A stretch of DNA of 64,000 nt from Sedimentisphaerales bacterium (GCA_963663965.2 CAXXFK010000028.1:32001-96000), one strand, 5' to 3'; shown: positions 47,802 through 57,774, counted from the stretch's first letter. Program-made: numbers and translations. Notes: generated by a model from the sequence alone, not told the origin.

Positions 47802-49757
47802 TTATTTCATATCCAGCTGGAATTCCAGACGTATCATTGTCTGTACCATGCGAACAACATCGAACACATTTGACAGCTGTGCTTTTTGCAGTTTTGTCAG
47901 CGAAGATGGCTCAATGTATCTTCCCGAATTCCCCTTATTCAAGCCGTTAATGGTCCTCATCTTTAGTAGGACGTCATAGCTGTCTTTAGCCATCAGGGCC
48001 AGGTCGGCGTGTTTCTCGACCTTTTCATGTATCTCATCCCAACGCCCGCCAGTAGAATGGTGAGCGGACAGATTGTACTTTAACGCAAGTATTTGTGCTG
48101 CTCCACGTATTGGTGATAGAACACGTTTCTTGATATCGAATTTTCCTTCATTTCCACCTTTCTTTTCGACGACAAAACGGCCGAAGAAGTTTAGTGGTGG
48201 TGGGGTAGCAATAATGATTTCAGCGAGTCTTTTCTGTAGTTGCGGGTTACCGGCAACGTTCTTATATATCTTTGTTTTTAACTGGTCACAAATAGTCTGC
48301 TCGCCAGCAACATAACGCATATCATACATAATGATAGCTCTGATAAGCTTGTCAGAGTCAGTGATCTTACTGGTGTCTGCTATTTCCGTTTCCCATTCAT
48401 TCAGGGTTCTGCACCATTTTGGATTAAGTGCCATAACGCCACCCTGGCACTTTGCGAAGCCGCAATTCTGCATTTTGTTAATTACGTATTCACCCAAAAT
48501 TGTGAATTTAGCCCTGAAATTCTCGATTGTTTCTGCATCATCGTCAGGGGTAGTGAAGATAATCGCATTGTCCATATCGGTACGGAGCAGCTGCTCTCTT
48601 CTGCCATCACTTCCAACAGAAAGCCACGCCCAGCCAGAAGCAGGAATGCTAATACCTTCATCCATCAATTCAACAACACTCATATCAAGAAAACGCTGAA
48701 TAAGCTCATCGTAGAGCTCAGCACATAGCTGGCCAACGAAGATTGCAGATACGCCAGATTCCAGGTATCCTTTAATAATACGTTCGATATCATCGCATAT
48801 TTCGCGGAACCTGCCAGGGGCACGGGTATAGCGAATCTCACGAAGGATACCAGCCGGGTGCAGTCCGCTTTGGGTGAGCAGATCTTTCTCTGAAAATATA
48901 TCCAGAGCAGGTGAATTTGGGGTGCCGTCTTCAGTTACGCAAACCTGGCCAATTCTTTTCCTTAACATGAGGATGAGGGCAACGGTTGAGCTGGAATACG
49001 CTTTAACAGTTACAACAGGCTGTGACATGATTGTGTCTATAGGCAGGTTCTCATCGATCTTTTCAACAATAACCTTTGAAACCAGGTTTGAATGAGTAAC
49101 TATGCCGATAGGGTGTTTATCTTCATCTACTACCAGCATTGATGGAATGTTAAGTTTACCCATCTTACTGGCAACTTCGTGAATTGTTTCCTTTGGGCTG
49201 CAGGTAACCAGTCTGTCAAGTCTGCGGGGCTGGATAAGATGTGCTCCATCGAGATGTGCCTGCAGAATATTTTTAGAACGGCCACCGACTATCGTATCTG
49301 TTCGTTCAGGCAGTTTAACGGAAATACCAAGTCTGGTAGCCCAGAACAGATGCCTGCGAACATAGTTGCGTGCATCGTCATTATTCTCTATAAGGGACAG
49401 CATCTGCGACCATGGAATAGCATAGAAGAAGCTGTCTTCAATAACCCTGGCTGTAATGATAAACGGCTTGTTTTCATAGAAAGCCGTTAGACCAAGCAGA
49501 TCACCAACATCTCGTATATCAACCAGTTCGTTTTTGCCATTATCTCCAGCAAGATATTCGACTCTGCCTCTTGCCAGGAAATAAAGGTATTGGCCGGGGG
49601 TATCGCCCTGGGTCCATAAAGTGTCATCTTTGACCTTTACGCTGACAGATACCATCTGGGCCAGCTTTGCCACTTCGCTCTTTTCAAGCATTGAAAAGGG
49701 AGGGAAGCGAGTCAGGTTAGCCTCAATTCTTTCTGGGATAAGGTTTTCTATGGCCAT
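47802..49757 (-). CDS. cNMP-binding + CBS pair + DUF294 nucleotidyltransferase-like protein
   Basis: FPPFSML...QGD...GRVE...GDLLG (cNMP domain), two CBS repeats, VGSDGRREQLLRTDMDNA, CQGGVMALNPKW, PPLNFFG, FDIK. Confidence 0.87.
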   Translation of the reverse strand: MAIENLIPERIEANLTRFPPFSMLEKSEVAKLAQMVSVSVKVKDDTLWTQGDTPGQYLYFLARGRVEYLAGDNGKNELVDIRDVGDLLGLTAFYENKPFIITARVIEDSFFYAIPWSQMLSLIENNDDARNYVRRHLFWATRLGISVKLPERTDTIVGGRSKNILQAHLDGAHLIQPRRLDRLVTCSPKETIHEVASKMGKLNIPSMLVVDEDKHPIGIVTHSNLVSKVIVEKIDENLPIDTIMSQPVVTVKAYSSSTVALILMLRKRIGQVCVTEDGTPNSPALDIFSEKDLLTQSGLHPAGILREIRYTRAPGRFREICDDIERIIKGYLESGVSAIFVGQLCAELYDELIQRFLDMSVVELMDEGISIPASGWAWLSVGSDGRREQLLRTDMDNAIIFTTPDDDAETIENFRAKFTILGEYVINKMQNCGFAKCQGGVMALNPKWCRTLNEWETEIADTSKITDSDKLIRAIIMYDMRYVAGEQTICDQLKTKIYKNVAGNPQLQKRLAEIIIATPPPLNFFGRFVVEKKGGNEGKFDIKKRVLSPIRGAAQILALKYNLSAHHSTGGRWDEIHEKVEKHADLALMAKDSYDVLLKMRTINGLNKGNSGRYIEPSSLTKLQKAQLSNVFDVVRMVQTMIRLEFQLDMK

Positions 49758-49840
49758 GGTGTCTCTTTTTATGACAGTATAAATATCTATTAACAGATTG
49801 ATATGATAACGGCAGGGAGTTTACTTTCAAGGATAATATT

Positions 49841-49890
49841 AACGGCAAAGGGGCAACTACTAAACTGCGTAGTATTTCCTTTGCCGTTTT
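49841..49890. terminator. Intergenic stem-loop (possible terminator)
   Basis: AACGGCAAAGG...CCTTTGCCGTT 11-bp arms with an inner ACTAC/GTAGT pair. Confidence 0.55.
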
Positions 49891-49925
49891 GTTTGTGAAT
49901 TTATATTGTTGTTGGCTATTGTGGC

Positions 49926-50264
49926 TTAAACCTCAATAGCAAGGTCGGGTGGAGACACTTCTTTAGGCAAACCGTCAATTGTAATAGTAAAATGAATGTC
50001 CGCTACCGAGAGAATGTCTCCAGCATGTACAGTGGTTGGGATCTCGATCTTTTTGCTATTTACGAATGTCCCGTTAGAGCTATGCAGGTCAGATATAGTC
50101 AATTTATCTTCTTCGCAGCTCAGTTTACAGTGTCTGCGTGATACAGCAGATTTCAGGACGCGAATCGTACAGTCTGGCTGTCTGCCTATAATGGTATCAC
50201 TGGTGGTAATAGGTATATCTTTTCTTTTGCCGTTTTTCTTAAATAGTACTAATGTTGTGTTCAT
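49926..50264 (-). CDS. Stand-alone FHA domain protein
   Basis: IIGRQPDC, VSRRHC, DLHSSNGTFVN, AGD. Confidence 0.88.
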   Translation of the reverse strand: MNTTLVLFKKNGKRKDIPITTSDTIIGRQPDCTIRVLKSAVSRRHCKLSCEEDKLTISDLHSSNGTFVNSKKIEIPTTVHAGDILSVADIHFTITIDGLPKEVSPPDLAIEV

Positions 50265-50532
50265 CCAGACGCTCCAATTAAAATGCAAAAACGGTTTCTA
50301 ACTGACAAATATAGAACAAAATTTAGATATTTATAATGAAAAAGATATTTCACTTAACAAAGTAATTATCGGTCACATTGCGGTGAATAATTATTAATAT
50401 TTCACAAAAATACAAAATTGTATTATTTGGTATTTTTGTAACTCGTTTTAGTGATTGTTGTGTATTTTAGTTATAAATATGACTAAGTAACCGTCCTATA
50501 TTTAATTGCATGTTTCATTGTGCCTCTTGCTG

Positions 50533-51444
50533 CTAGCTTCTTATTATAGAGCTGAGCTTGCCAACAGCCTGATTTTGAATTTGCCTGATACGCTCCTTGG
50601 ATAGGCCTAATTCCTGGCCAATGTCTTTTAGAGTCATTTGGTTTCCATTGTATTCGCCGACAGAGAATCTCATTTTAAGTACTTTTTTTTCCACTTCAGA
50701 TAGATTGCCTCTTTCACCCAGAATGTAGTATCTGATCTGGCGAATTGAGTCCAGCACTCTCTCTTCCCTGAGCTGCTGACAAGTAGTATCGATTTCCAGT
50801 GCAGGGTCGTAATTTACATAGCTTATCCTGCTGAGTTTATACTGTTTTTTAGCAAGTCTTGAGAAGCTTTTACCGATTGCCCGGCAGGCATAAGTACTGA
50901 AGTGGAACCCAAGCCGATAGTCATAGCATTCAGTAACCCTTAGTAATGCCATAGAGCCTTCGCTGACAAGCTCGCCATATTCCAAACTGCCGTATTTGCA
51001 GTTTTGTGCCATATTCAATACCAGGCCCATATTGCAGGTTGTGATATAATCACGTATCTGCATTTGCTTATTATCCCAGGTTAGCATAGCAGTTATCAGT
51101 TTTATGTTTGCCTGTTCAGAATTGCATATTTTCCGCCTGATCCTTTCAATTATGAATCTGAAATAATGAAGTTGGGCAAATAGAACTTTGTGCTGCTTGT
51201 GAGAAGGCGGGTAGCCCGGTTCGATCTCAACGATATGTGACTTGAGATCCTGTACCCAGACAGGGTCTGTGAAATTAGTATCAAACTGGTATCGAATCCC
51301 TTCAACCAGTATTTTGCCGATACGTTTAATCTCTATCTGGCTGAACCCATTATTCGCTAATTGAGTCAGCAAATTACGGTCAATCCGTACTGTATTCTGC
51401 GCTTCCTGCTTCATGCTGTTTTCTCCCATGTTGGTGAATACCAT
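50533..51444 (-). CDS. Sigma-70 family RNA polymerase sigma factor (regions 2 and 4)
   Basis: NMGLVLNMA, ELVSEGSMALL, YDYRLGFHFSTYACRAI, MTLKDIGQELGLSKERIRQIQNQA. Start uncertain. Confidence 0.85.
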   Translation of the reverse strand: MVFTNMGENSMKQEAQNTVRIDRNLLTQLANNGFSQIEIKRIGKILVEGIRYQFDTNFTDPVWVQDLKSHIVEIEPGYPPSHKQHKVLFAQLHYFRFIIERIRRKICNSEQANIKLITAMLTWDNKQMQIRDYITTCNMGLVLNMAQNCKYGSLEYGELVSEGSMALLRVTECYDYRLGFHFSTYACRAIGKSFSRLAKKQYKLSRISYVNYDPALEIDTTCQQLREERVLDSIRQIRYYILGERGNLSEVEKKVLKMRFSVGEYNGNQMTLKDIGQELGLSKERIRQIQNQAVGKLSSIIRS

Positions 51445-51640
51445 TTCGAATAATCTTTCTTTATTTGAACTTAACTGCTAAAAAAAAGCAATAAGACTAA
51501 GTACTGTATTGTGCATGTGACTTAACCATTAAAAAATAGTAGGTAAAATCCCTTACATGTTTTTTGTTAGATTAAAGTTAGTGTGGATAAAACTGAGAAA
51601 TATTTATATAATTCATGGTATGCGTAAAACTAACGGAAAA

Positions 51641-52795
51641 ATGACATATAAGTGCTTTTTGGCAGTTTTTTTACTGCTTTCGTTCTGTACAGTGCTTTTT
51701 AGCGCGGAGCGTCAGGCAGTTGTTTATTATTCTGATGGAACTGTTCTGGAAGGCATGCTTATTCAGGGGGAAGGCAAAGATCTTAAACTGAGTATTCCTG
51801 ATGGTGGGGATATTTATACTTTTGATATGGTTTCACTTGAAAAAGTTCAATATGACAAAGTTCGTAAGTTTGGTATAGATGTTCTTAAAAAGATCACTTT
51901 TTTCCCAACTAAAGAAGAGCTTTTAAGAAAGTGGAAGTTTGTTGAGCAGACGAAGTACAATGAAGAGACCGCTGAGGCAGATTATACTCCTGCCCAAAAG
52001 GAGTATTACGGAGAACTGTATCCTGTAAGGCAGGTTGCTGCTTCTGTTGAATTTAATAGTGGTGAAGTGCTTTATGGTCATCTATATTCTACTTCCGTTT
52101 TACTAAAGAGTGAGGCTGGTAATAAGAAGATAGTGCTCAGGTCAAAAGATAGCGGCAGGGAAGGGCAGGGTCTTGATGATCTGGTATATGTCAGCTGTAT
52201 TAACTTTGTTGATGAAGGTGTTAAGATCTCGGCAGTGAAGAAGATCAAGCTTCCAGATGCTGTCATAGAATCTGTTGATGAGGTCTTTGCGATTACAAAA
52301 GATACTCTTAATCCGGTGAAGGCTACCTTAAACGAGTTTGACCATAGTGTGACAGTTGAGTCCACGCTGGGGGAAGATGTGTTTCTGGCGGTCAAAAAAA
52401 GTGATGGTTATTTTGTCGGATGGCCATGTATCTGTTATAAATATTACAAAGCTATGGCTGATGAATATGTTAGTAATGCCAGAGACTTCTTTAACGATAG
52501 AGAGTTGATCAGCGTTTGGCCTGACAATGATAATAATTACCTGTATGGATTAGTCAGTTTGAGAAGACGTCACGCAGATAGTAATTTCGGTGAGATTGGC
52601 GGCGAATGGGATAAAAGTAGAAACGGCATAGTTGAACCGTGGCGGTTAAGCATATGGCGTTGGCGGATAGATAGTAAAAGTAGTGAGTTGGCATTAACTG
52701 GCAGGGGAACATTTGTGAGGTTGATCTTTGAACCTGCTGAGTTGACGCCTTTTGTAGGAATAGAAGGTAAATTATGGACTATACCAGAGAAATAG
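51641..52795 (+). CDS. Hypothetical exported protein
   Basis: Signal peptide MTYKCFLAVFLLLSFCTVLFSA; long ORF overlapping the next gene by 22 nt. Confidence 0.7.
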   Translation: MTYKCFLAVFLLLSFCTVLFSAERQAVVYYSDGTVLEGMLIQGEGKDLKLSIPDGGDIYTFDMVSLEKVQYDKVRKFGIDVLKKITFFPTKEELLRKWKFVEQTKYNEETAEADYTPAQKEYYGELYPVRQVAASVEFNSGEVLYGHLYSTSVLLKSEAGNKKIVLRSKDSGREGQGLDDLVYVSCINFVDEGVKISAVKKIKLPDAVIESVDEVFAITKDTLNPVKATLNEFDHSVTVESTLGEDVFLAVKKSDGYFVGWPCICYKYYKAMADEYVSNARDFFNDRELISVWPDNDNNYLYGLVSLRRRHADSNFGEIGGEWDKSRNGIVEPWRLSIWRWRIDSKSSELALTGRGTFVRLIFEPAELTPFVGIEGKLWTIPEK

Positions 52796-53595
52796 AGATA
52801 GCAAAAAAAGCGGCACGCAGGGCTGGTGACTTTGCTCTGGAAAATATTGCAGCTGAAAGTAGATTAAAAGCTTGTGATAATTCCATTGTGACTGATATTG
52901 ATGAAAAGTCACAGGAAATGATAATAGAGAGTCTAAAAAGTGTTTTTCCTGAATATGGTATTATTGGTGAAGAGCCAGCCAGTGAAAATGGTGAAATGCT
53001 GCTGAAGGTTCCGCCGACTGGCGATCTGAATGCATGGTGGGTTATTGACCCGATCGATGGAACTCGTAACTTTGCCTGTGGGTTACCATATTTTGCTGTG
53101 AGCATTGGTTTGCTGGTTGATGGTATGCCGGCAGGTGGCGTGATATATTATCCTGACAGGAAGGAAATGTACTGGGCCAGCGATGTTAATGGAAATGCTT
53201 TTTGTAATGATGAAGTTATAAATGCAAAAGTAGATACGATCCACCACAATACCCAGATATGCGTCTCTGGGCTGCTGCATGAATTCTGGAGTTCTCAGCA
53301 GGTTGAGGGAGTCTTTAAGAATTGTGTGCATATGAATCTTGGGACTGCAGCGTTGCATATGGCGTACCTTGCCGCTGGTAAGTATTCTGCCGGTGTTTTT
53401 CTTCGTACTAAGCTTTGGGACGTGGCAGGTGGTGCCGCAATCCTACAGGCGGCAGGGGGGAAGATAGCTGATTACTATGGGAAAGATCTTTTTCCTGTAA
53501 ATTGTGCTGAATATACCGGTAGTCAGGTGAGATGTCTGCTAGGCTGTGAGTCAATAGTTCAAGAGATCGCCGATTTAATTAAGTATGATAAATAG
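52774..53595 (+). CDS. Inositol monophosphatase family protein (SuhB-like)
   Basis: IVTDID, IIGEE, WVIDPIDGTRNF, WDVAGG. Confidence 0.9.
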   Translation: MDYTREIEIAKKAARRAGDFALENIAAESRLKACDNSIVTDIDEKSQEMIIESLKSVFPEYGIIGEEPASENGEMLLKVPPTGDLNAWWVIDPIDGTRNFACGLPYFAVSIGLLVDGMPAGGVIYYPDRKEMYWASDVNGNAFCNDEVINAKVDTIHHNTQICVSGLLHEFWSSQQVEGVFKNCVHMNLGTAALHMAYLAAGKYSAGVFLRTKLWDVAGGAAILQAAGGKIADYYGKDLFPVNCAEYTGSQVRCLLGCESIVQEIADLIKYDK

Positions 53596-53670
53596 AATGC
53601 CTAGTAATCAAACAAATGGTTGCTTAATATAAAATGCTTCGTTGAAGTAAAGAGAAAAGCGTTATTGGAA

Positions 53671-54438
53671 CTAAACGCTTTTCTTTATTGCTTCCATTTT
53701 ACGATATTGAGCTGGTGATATTCCGATCGTCTTTTTGAACTGACGGGAAAACGCACTTTGGTCGGCATAGCCGCAGTCTAGAGCTATGTTGAGAATAGGG
53801 TTGGTTGTTTCTCGCAGTTGCCAGATAGCTTTTTCGATTCTGGTCTTTTGGATGAACTGACCAGCAGTTAGTTTGAAGATCTTTTGCATACGCTGTTCAA
53901 ACTGATAAGTTGATAAATTAGCCATTTTGGCCAGATCGTCGATCATAAGAGATTTTCGATAGTTCTCTTTGATGTAGTTCACTGCCTGGGCAATGCCGGT
54001 AAAATCCTTGTTCTTATCGGTGTATGGTTCCAGGTCGCGTGATATGCCGTGTATGCCAATGATATTTCCATTTCGGTCGTGTAGTGGCACTTTTGATGTT
54101 ATACACCAGCAAAGGTCTGGTGAGCCTGAAATATGCAGTTCAAGTTGGTTAAGAATAGGGCTGCCATTGGTTAGAAGGGCTTCGTCCTGTTTGCGGTATT
54201 CTTCGCCAAGGGGATTTGGGTAGACCTGGTCAGGTGTTTTCCCTATAACTTCAGATTTGTCAGAGAGGTTTAGTCTGTCTACCATCGTCTGGTTGACTAG
54301 AACATACTGTCCTTCAGAGTCTTTAATAAAATAGACAATGTCCGATAACTGATCGAAAAGGTTTGTGCCGGTAAATGGTTCAGCCAGTTGGTTAAAAAAC
54401 TCTGTTTGGAAGGATTTAATATTCATTTTTTGTCTCAT
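53671..54438 (-). CDS. AraC family regulator with N-terminal PAS domain
   Basis: YFIKDSEGQY...IGKT...SKVPLHDRNGNIIG (PAS); IALDCGYADQSAFSRQFKKTIGISPAQYR (AraC HTH). Confidence 0.9.
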   Translation of the reverse strand: MRQKMNIKSFQTEFFNQLAEPFTGTNLFDQLSDIVYFIKDSEGQYVLVNQTMVDRLNLSDKSEVIGKTPDQVYPNPLGEEYRKQDEALLTNGSPILNQLELHISGSPDLCWCITSKVPLHDRNGNIIGIHGISRDLEPYTDKNKDFTGIAQAVNYIKENYRKSLMIDDLAKMANLSTYQFEQRMQKIFKLTAGQFIQKTRIEKAIWQLRETTNPILNIALDCGYADQSAFSRQFKKTIGISPAQYRKMEAIKKSV

Positions 54439-54869
54439 TTATCAGTTTTTAGCTGAAAAAACATGCTTAATTCATTAGTTGCAATAGTAACTTTCTGTTT
54501 TGTAATATTTTATATAATAACATTCGGCAGGGTTTTCAATAAAGTTGAGTTTATATTATACAAAGTGAATAATATACCCAGAAAGCTTGTTAATTAACTA
54601 ATTGTACTGCAACTATTTATGTCACTCACTTATGAACTGCCTCATTTGAGCCAAAGACCAGTTCAAGCTGTATGATATTATTTATTTTCTCAGTGGTAGC
54701 AAGCATTTTGTTAGACAATTTTGATAATATTTGATATTCTGATATATTCGTTTGTAATATAATAAGTCGATATGGCTTATTGAATTATTATGTGGTATTT
54801 TACCATTAAATTCAAAATTACGGCGTTTGACGAGAAGTGATATTTATTTTTGAAAAAGCAAGGTAGATT

Positions 54870-55664
54870 ATGAAAATTGGTTTCATTGGATGCGGTAAGA
54901 TAGCTCAAATACTTATCGGCTATTTTGTTGAAAGTGGCATTGTTGACTCAGATCAGATCATATGCTCTGATTTGGATCAAGGTGCTTTAGAAAAAGCTGC
55001 AACTAAGTATGGCATAAATGTTTGTGTCAGTAATAGTGAAGTCTTCGATAAGGCTGAAATAGTTTTTCTGGCTATCAAACCTCAGTCTTTTAGAGAGGCA
55101 GTTTCAGATTGTGCCGATAGAATAAATGAGAAACATATATTGGTTTCTATTATGGCTGGCGTTACATCTGATACTATCAAGTCCATACTGAATGCACCGG
55201 TGATAAGGGTTATGCCGAATATTCCTTGTCAGGTAGGACAGATGGCTGCCGGCTACAGTGTATGTGATGATGTGCCAGGTATCTATGAAATGTTTGTTAA
55301 GCAGCTGCTGAATTGTGCAGGTGTAGCTATAAAAGTACAGGAATCTGAGCTGGATGCCGTTACTGGTGTCAGTGGCTCTGGTCCAGCATTTGTGGCATAT
55401 TTGATAAAAGGTTTTATTGATACAGGTATCAGTCTTGGGCTTGAAAGTGAAAATGCAAAGGCATTGGCTCTACAGACTTTTATTGGTACAGCTAAGCTGC
55501 TCAGAGAGACAGAGCTTTCTCCTGAAGAACTGATAACTATGGTGTCTTCGCCAAATGGTACGACAGTTGCCGGTCGTGAAGTACTGGAAAACAGTGATGT
55601 GAATTCAGTTATTGCCGGCACGATCAAAAGGGCAACAGAACGCAGCCAGGAGCTGTCAAAATAA
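54870..55664 (+). CDS. proC: Pyrroline-5-carboxylate reductase
   Basis: IGFIGCG, LAIKPQ, RVMPN, VTGVSGSGPAF, VSSPNGTT. Confidence 0.95.
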   Translation: MKIGFIGCGKIAQILIGYFVESGIVDSDQIICSDLDQGALEKAATKYGINVCVSNSEVFDKAEIVFLAIKPQSFREAVSDCADRINEKHILVSIMAGVTSDTIKSILNAPVIRVMPNIPCQVGQMAAGYSVCDDVPGIYEMFVKQLLNCAGVAIKVQESELDAVTGVSGSGPAFVAYLIKGFIDTGISLGLESENAKALALQTFIGTAKLLRETELSPEELITMVSSPNGTTVAGREVLENSDVNSVIAGTIKRATERSQELSK

Positions 55665-55667
55665 TAT

Positions 55668-56693
55668 ATGGAATTATTCCCGGTAAAATTTAAGCCTGTA
55701 TTTAAGTCAAGATTATGGGGCTCTAACTTATTCAATAATATATTCAATCTGGATATAGTTGAACCAGTTGGAGAGTGTCTTCAGTTTATTGATTGTGATG
55801 ATGCGCAAAGTATCGTTGATGGAGGCAAGTTTAACGGCAAACCGTTAAGGTGGCTTCTGGAAGAATATGGTGAAGGTTTTGGTTTTACCTCTCAGCATTG
55901 TGAAGACAGTTTTGGCTTATTATGCAAATATCTGGATGTTAACGATGTTTTAAGCGTTCAGGTAAGTCCAGACAGTAATGTGTGTGAAAAGTATTCTTTG
56001 CCTGGCTCAAGAGTAGTCTGCTGGTATGTTATAGAAGCAAAGCATGATGCATATATTTATCTTGGGCTGAAAGATGGAGTGCTCCGGGCTGATATGGAAG
56101 AGGCGGTAAGATCAAATACCGTAGCTGAGCTTTTGAATAAGCGTCCGGTAAAGAAAGGCGATTTCTTTTACGTCCCGGCTGGGACGATACATGCTCCGGG
56201 TGCAGGACTCTTAATAGCAGAGATCAGCACATCCAGTACAACCACTTTCAGACTGCATGACTGGGGCAGGGTAGATTCAAAAGGTAAAAAGAGGGAATTG
56301 CATATCGCACGAGCCCTGGACTCAACCTATTTTGAAGACACTGTGATGGCTGACGATATACAGTCATCGTTTATGAACCAGAATCCCCTGGAGTCAATAG
56401 CTGAAATGTTAGGTGATTCAAGGGTGCTGGTAAATTGTCCATACTTTAATGTTTATAAGGTAGAGTCTGGAAGCGGTAAAAAGAAATTCAAGACTGCAAT
56501 TCCTTTGATGATAATACCTGTTTCGGGACGAGTTGTTTTTTATAATGATGAGCGTCCGGATGAGAAAGTTGAGTTGTCATTGGGTATTGCCGGTATGGTA
56601 CCAGAAATGCAGCATGGGGTGGTAGAATATAGCTGTGATTCAGTATTGCTGGTGTGTTGTCCAGGACCAGTAAAAATGGGGTTAAATGACTAG
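55668..56693 (+). CDS. Type I phosphomannose isomerase-like protein, degenerate metal site
   Basis: Aligns end to end with 44517-45533 (PVKFKPV, VPAGTIHA, FRLHDWGR, RELH) but has LSVQVSP and RVVCWY. Confidence 0.8.
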   Translation: MELFPVKFKPVFKSRLWGSNLFNNIFNLDIVEPVGECLQFIDCDDAQSIVDGGKFNGKPLRWLLEEYGEGFGFTSQHCEDSFGLLCKYLDVNDVLSVQVSPDSNVCEKYSLPGSRVVCWYVIEAKHDAYIYLGLKDGVLRADMEEAVRSNTVAELLNKRPVKKGDFFYVPAGTIHAPGAGLLIAEISTSSTTTFRLHDWGRVDSKGKKRELHIARALDSTYFEDTVMADDIQSSFMNQNPLESIAEMLGDSRVLVNCPYFNVYKVESGSGKKKFKTAIPLMIIPVSGRVVFYNDERPDEKVELSLGIAGMVPEMQHGVVEYSCDSVLLVCCPGPVKMGLND

Positions 56694-56769
56694 CAGTCAT
56701 TTATTATTTATATTACAAGATTATTTATTAACACATTAACCGTAGCGATTACAGGTTAGGAGAGTAAAC

Positions 56770-57774
56770 ATGGAAAGATTGCAGAAAGTTATGGCTGAAG
56801 CCGGTGTGGCTTCAAGGCGTCATTGTGAAGAAATTATTGCTGAAGGTCGTGTAACCGTTAACGGCAAGCTAATCGAAAAGCTGCCATGTCTGGTAGATAA
56901 GTTCAAAGACAGGATCATTGTAGATGAACGCAAGCTGCGTTTTGATAAAAAGGTCTATTACCTGCTAAATAAGCCTAAAAGGGTAATATGCACCAATCAT
57001 GACCCTGATAATCGCAGAAGAACAGTAGATCTTCTAAACGATGTCAAGGAGCGGGTGTATCCTGTCGGACGGTTAGATGCAGATTCTCAGGGGCTGGTGA
57101 TAATGACAAATGATGGTGAGCTGGCTAATGAGCTTACTCATCCACGTTATGGTGTGCCAAAGACATACATTGCAGAGATAGCAACCTGTATTGAAGCTGA
57201 GGATGTTGAAAAGCTTAAACGAGGTTTCTTTATCTCTAAGGGTGGAAAAGCGTGTATGGATAAGGTAAGAGTTCTTAAAAAGGACAGAAAGTTCTCTCTG
57301 CTTGAGATTACCCTGCGTGAAGGCAGAAACCGTCAGATCCGCCGTATGCTTCAGAGATTGGGACATAATGTAAAAAGGCTTACCAGAGTGTCTTTTGGCC
57401 CGCTAAGTATCAAAGGCTGCGGTGTAGGCAAGCATCGAATGCTTAAGCCGCAGGAAGTTGAACTGCTGAAAGAATCGGTAGAAAAGTATAAGGCTATTGC
57501 AAAGGAAGATGCTAAAAAGAAGCCAAGAAAAGTAGTACGCAAACAAACCGTTAGTACTGCGGAGGAAACGCCAGTTCAAAAACCTGTAGTGAAAAAAGTT
57601 AAAAAGGTTAAAAAAGTATCAGCATCTTCGGGGAAAGTAGTCAAAAAAACTCAGAAGAAAGCTGTTGTCAGTCAAGACAGAGTAGCCAGAAATACAGTTT
57701 ACGGCAAACCAGCTGCTCCAAATGCTCGCGGTAAAAAAGTAGTAAGAGCTAAAGCTGCCAGAAAAAGCAGGTGA
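56770..57774 (+). CDS. rluB: rRNA pseudouridine synthase (RluB/RsuA family) with S4 domain and basic tail
   Basis: ERLQKVMA...ASRR, LNKP, PVGRLD, EGRNRQIRRM; K/V/R-rich C-terminus. Confidence 0.82.
   Translation: MERLQKVMAEAGVASRRHCEEIIAEGRVTVNGKLIEKLPCLVDKFKDRIIVDERKLRFDKKVYYLLNKPKRVICTNHDPDNRRRTVDLLNDVKERVYPVGRLDADSQGLVIMTNDGELANELTHPRYGVPKTYIAEIATCIEAEDVEKLKRGFFISKGGKACMDKVRVLKKDRKFSLLEITLREGRNRQIRRMLQRLGHNVKRLTRVSFGPLSIKGCGVGKHRMLKPQEVELLKESVEKYKAIAKEDAKKKPRKVVRKQTVSTAEETPVQKPVVKKVKKVKKVSASSGKVVKKTQKKAVVSQDRVARNTVYGKPAAPNARGKKVVRAKAARKSR

Noticed and set aside
54633..54666. Hairpin TGAACTG...CAGTTCA in the araC-proC intergenic region as a riboswitch
   Set aside because: A single 7-bp stem with no recognisable aptamer or expression platform.
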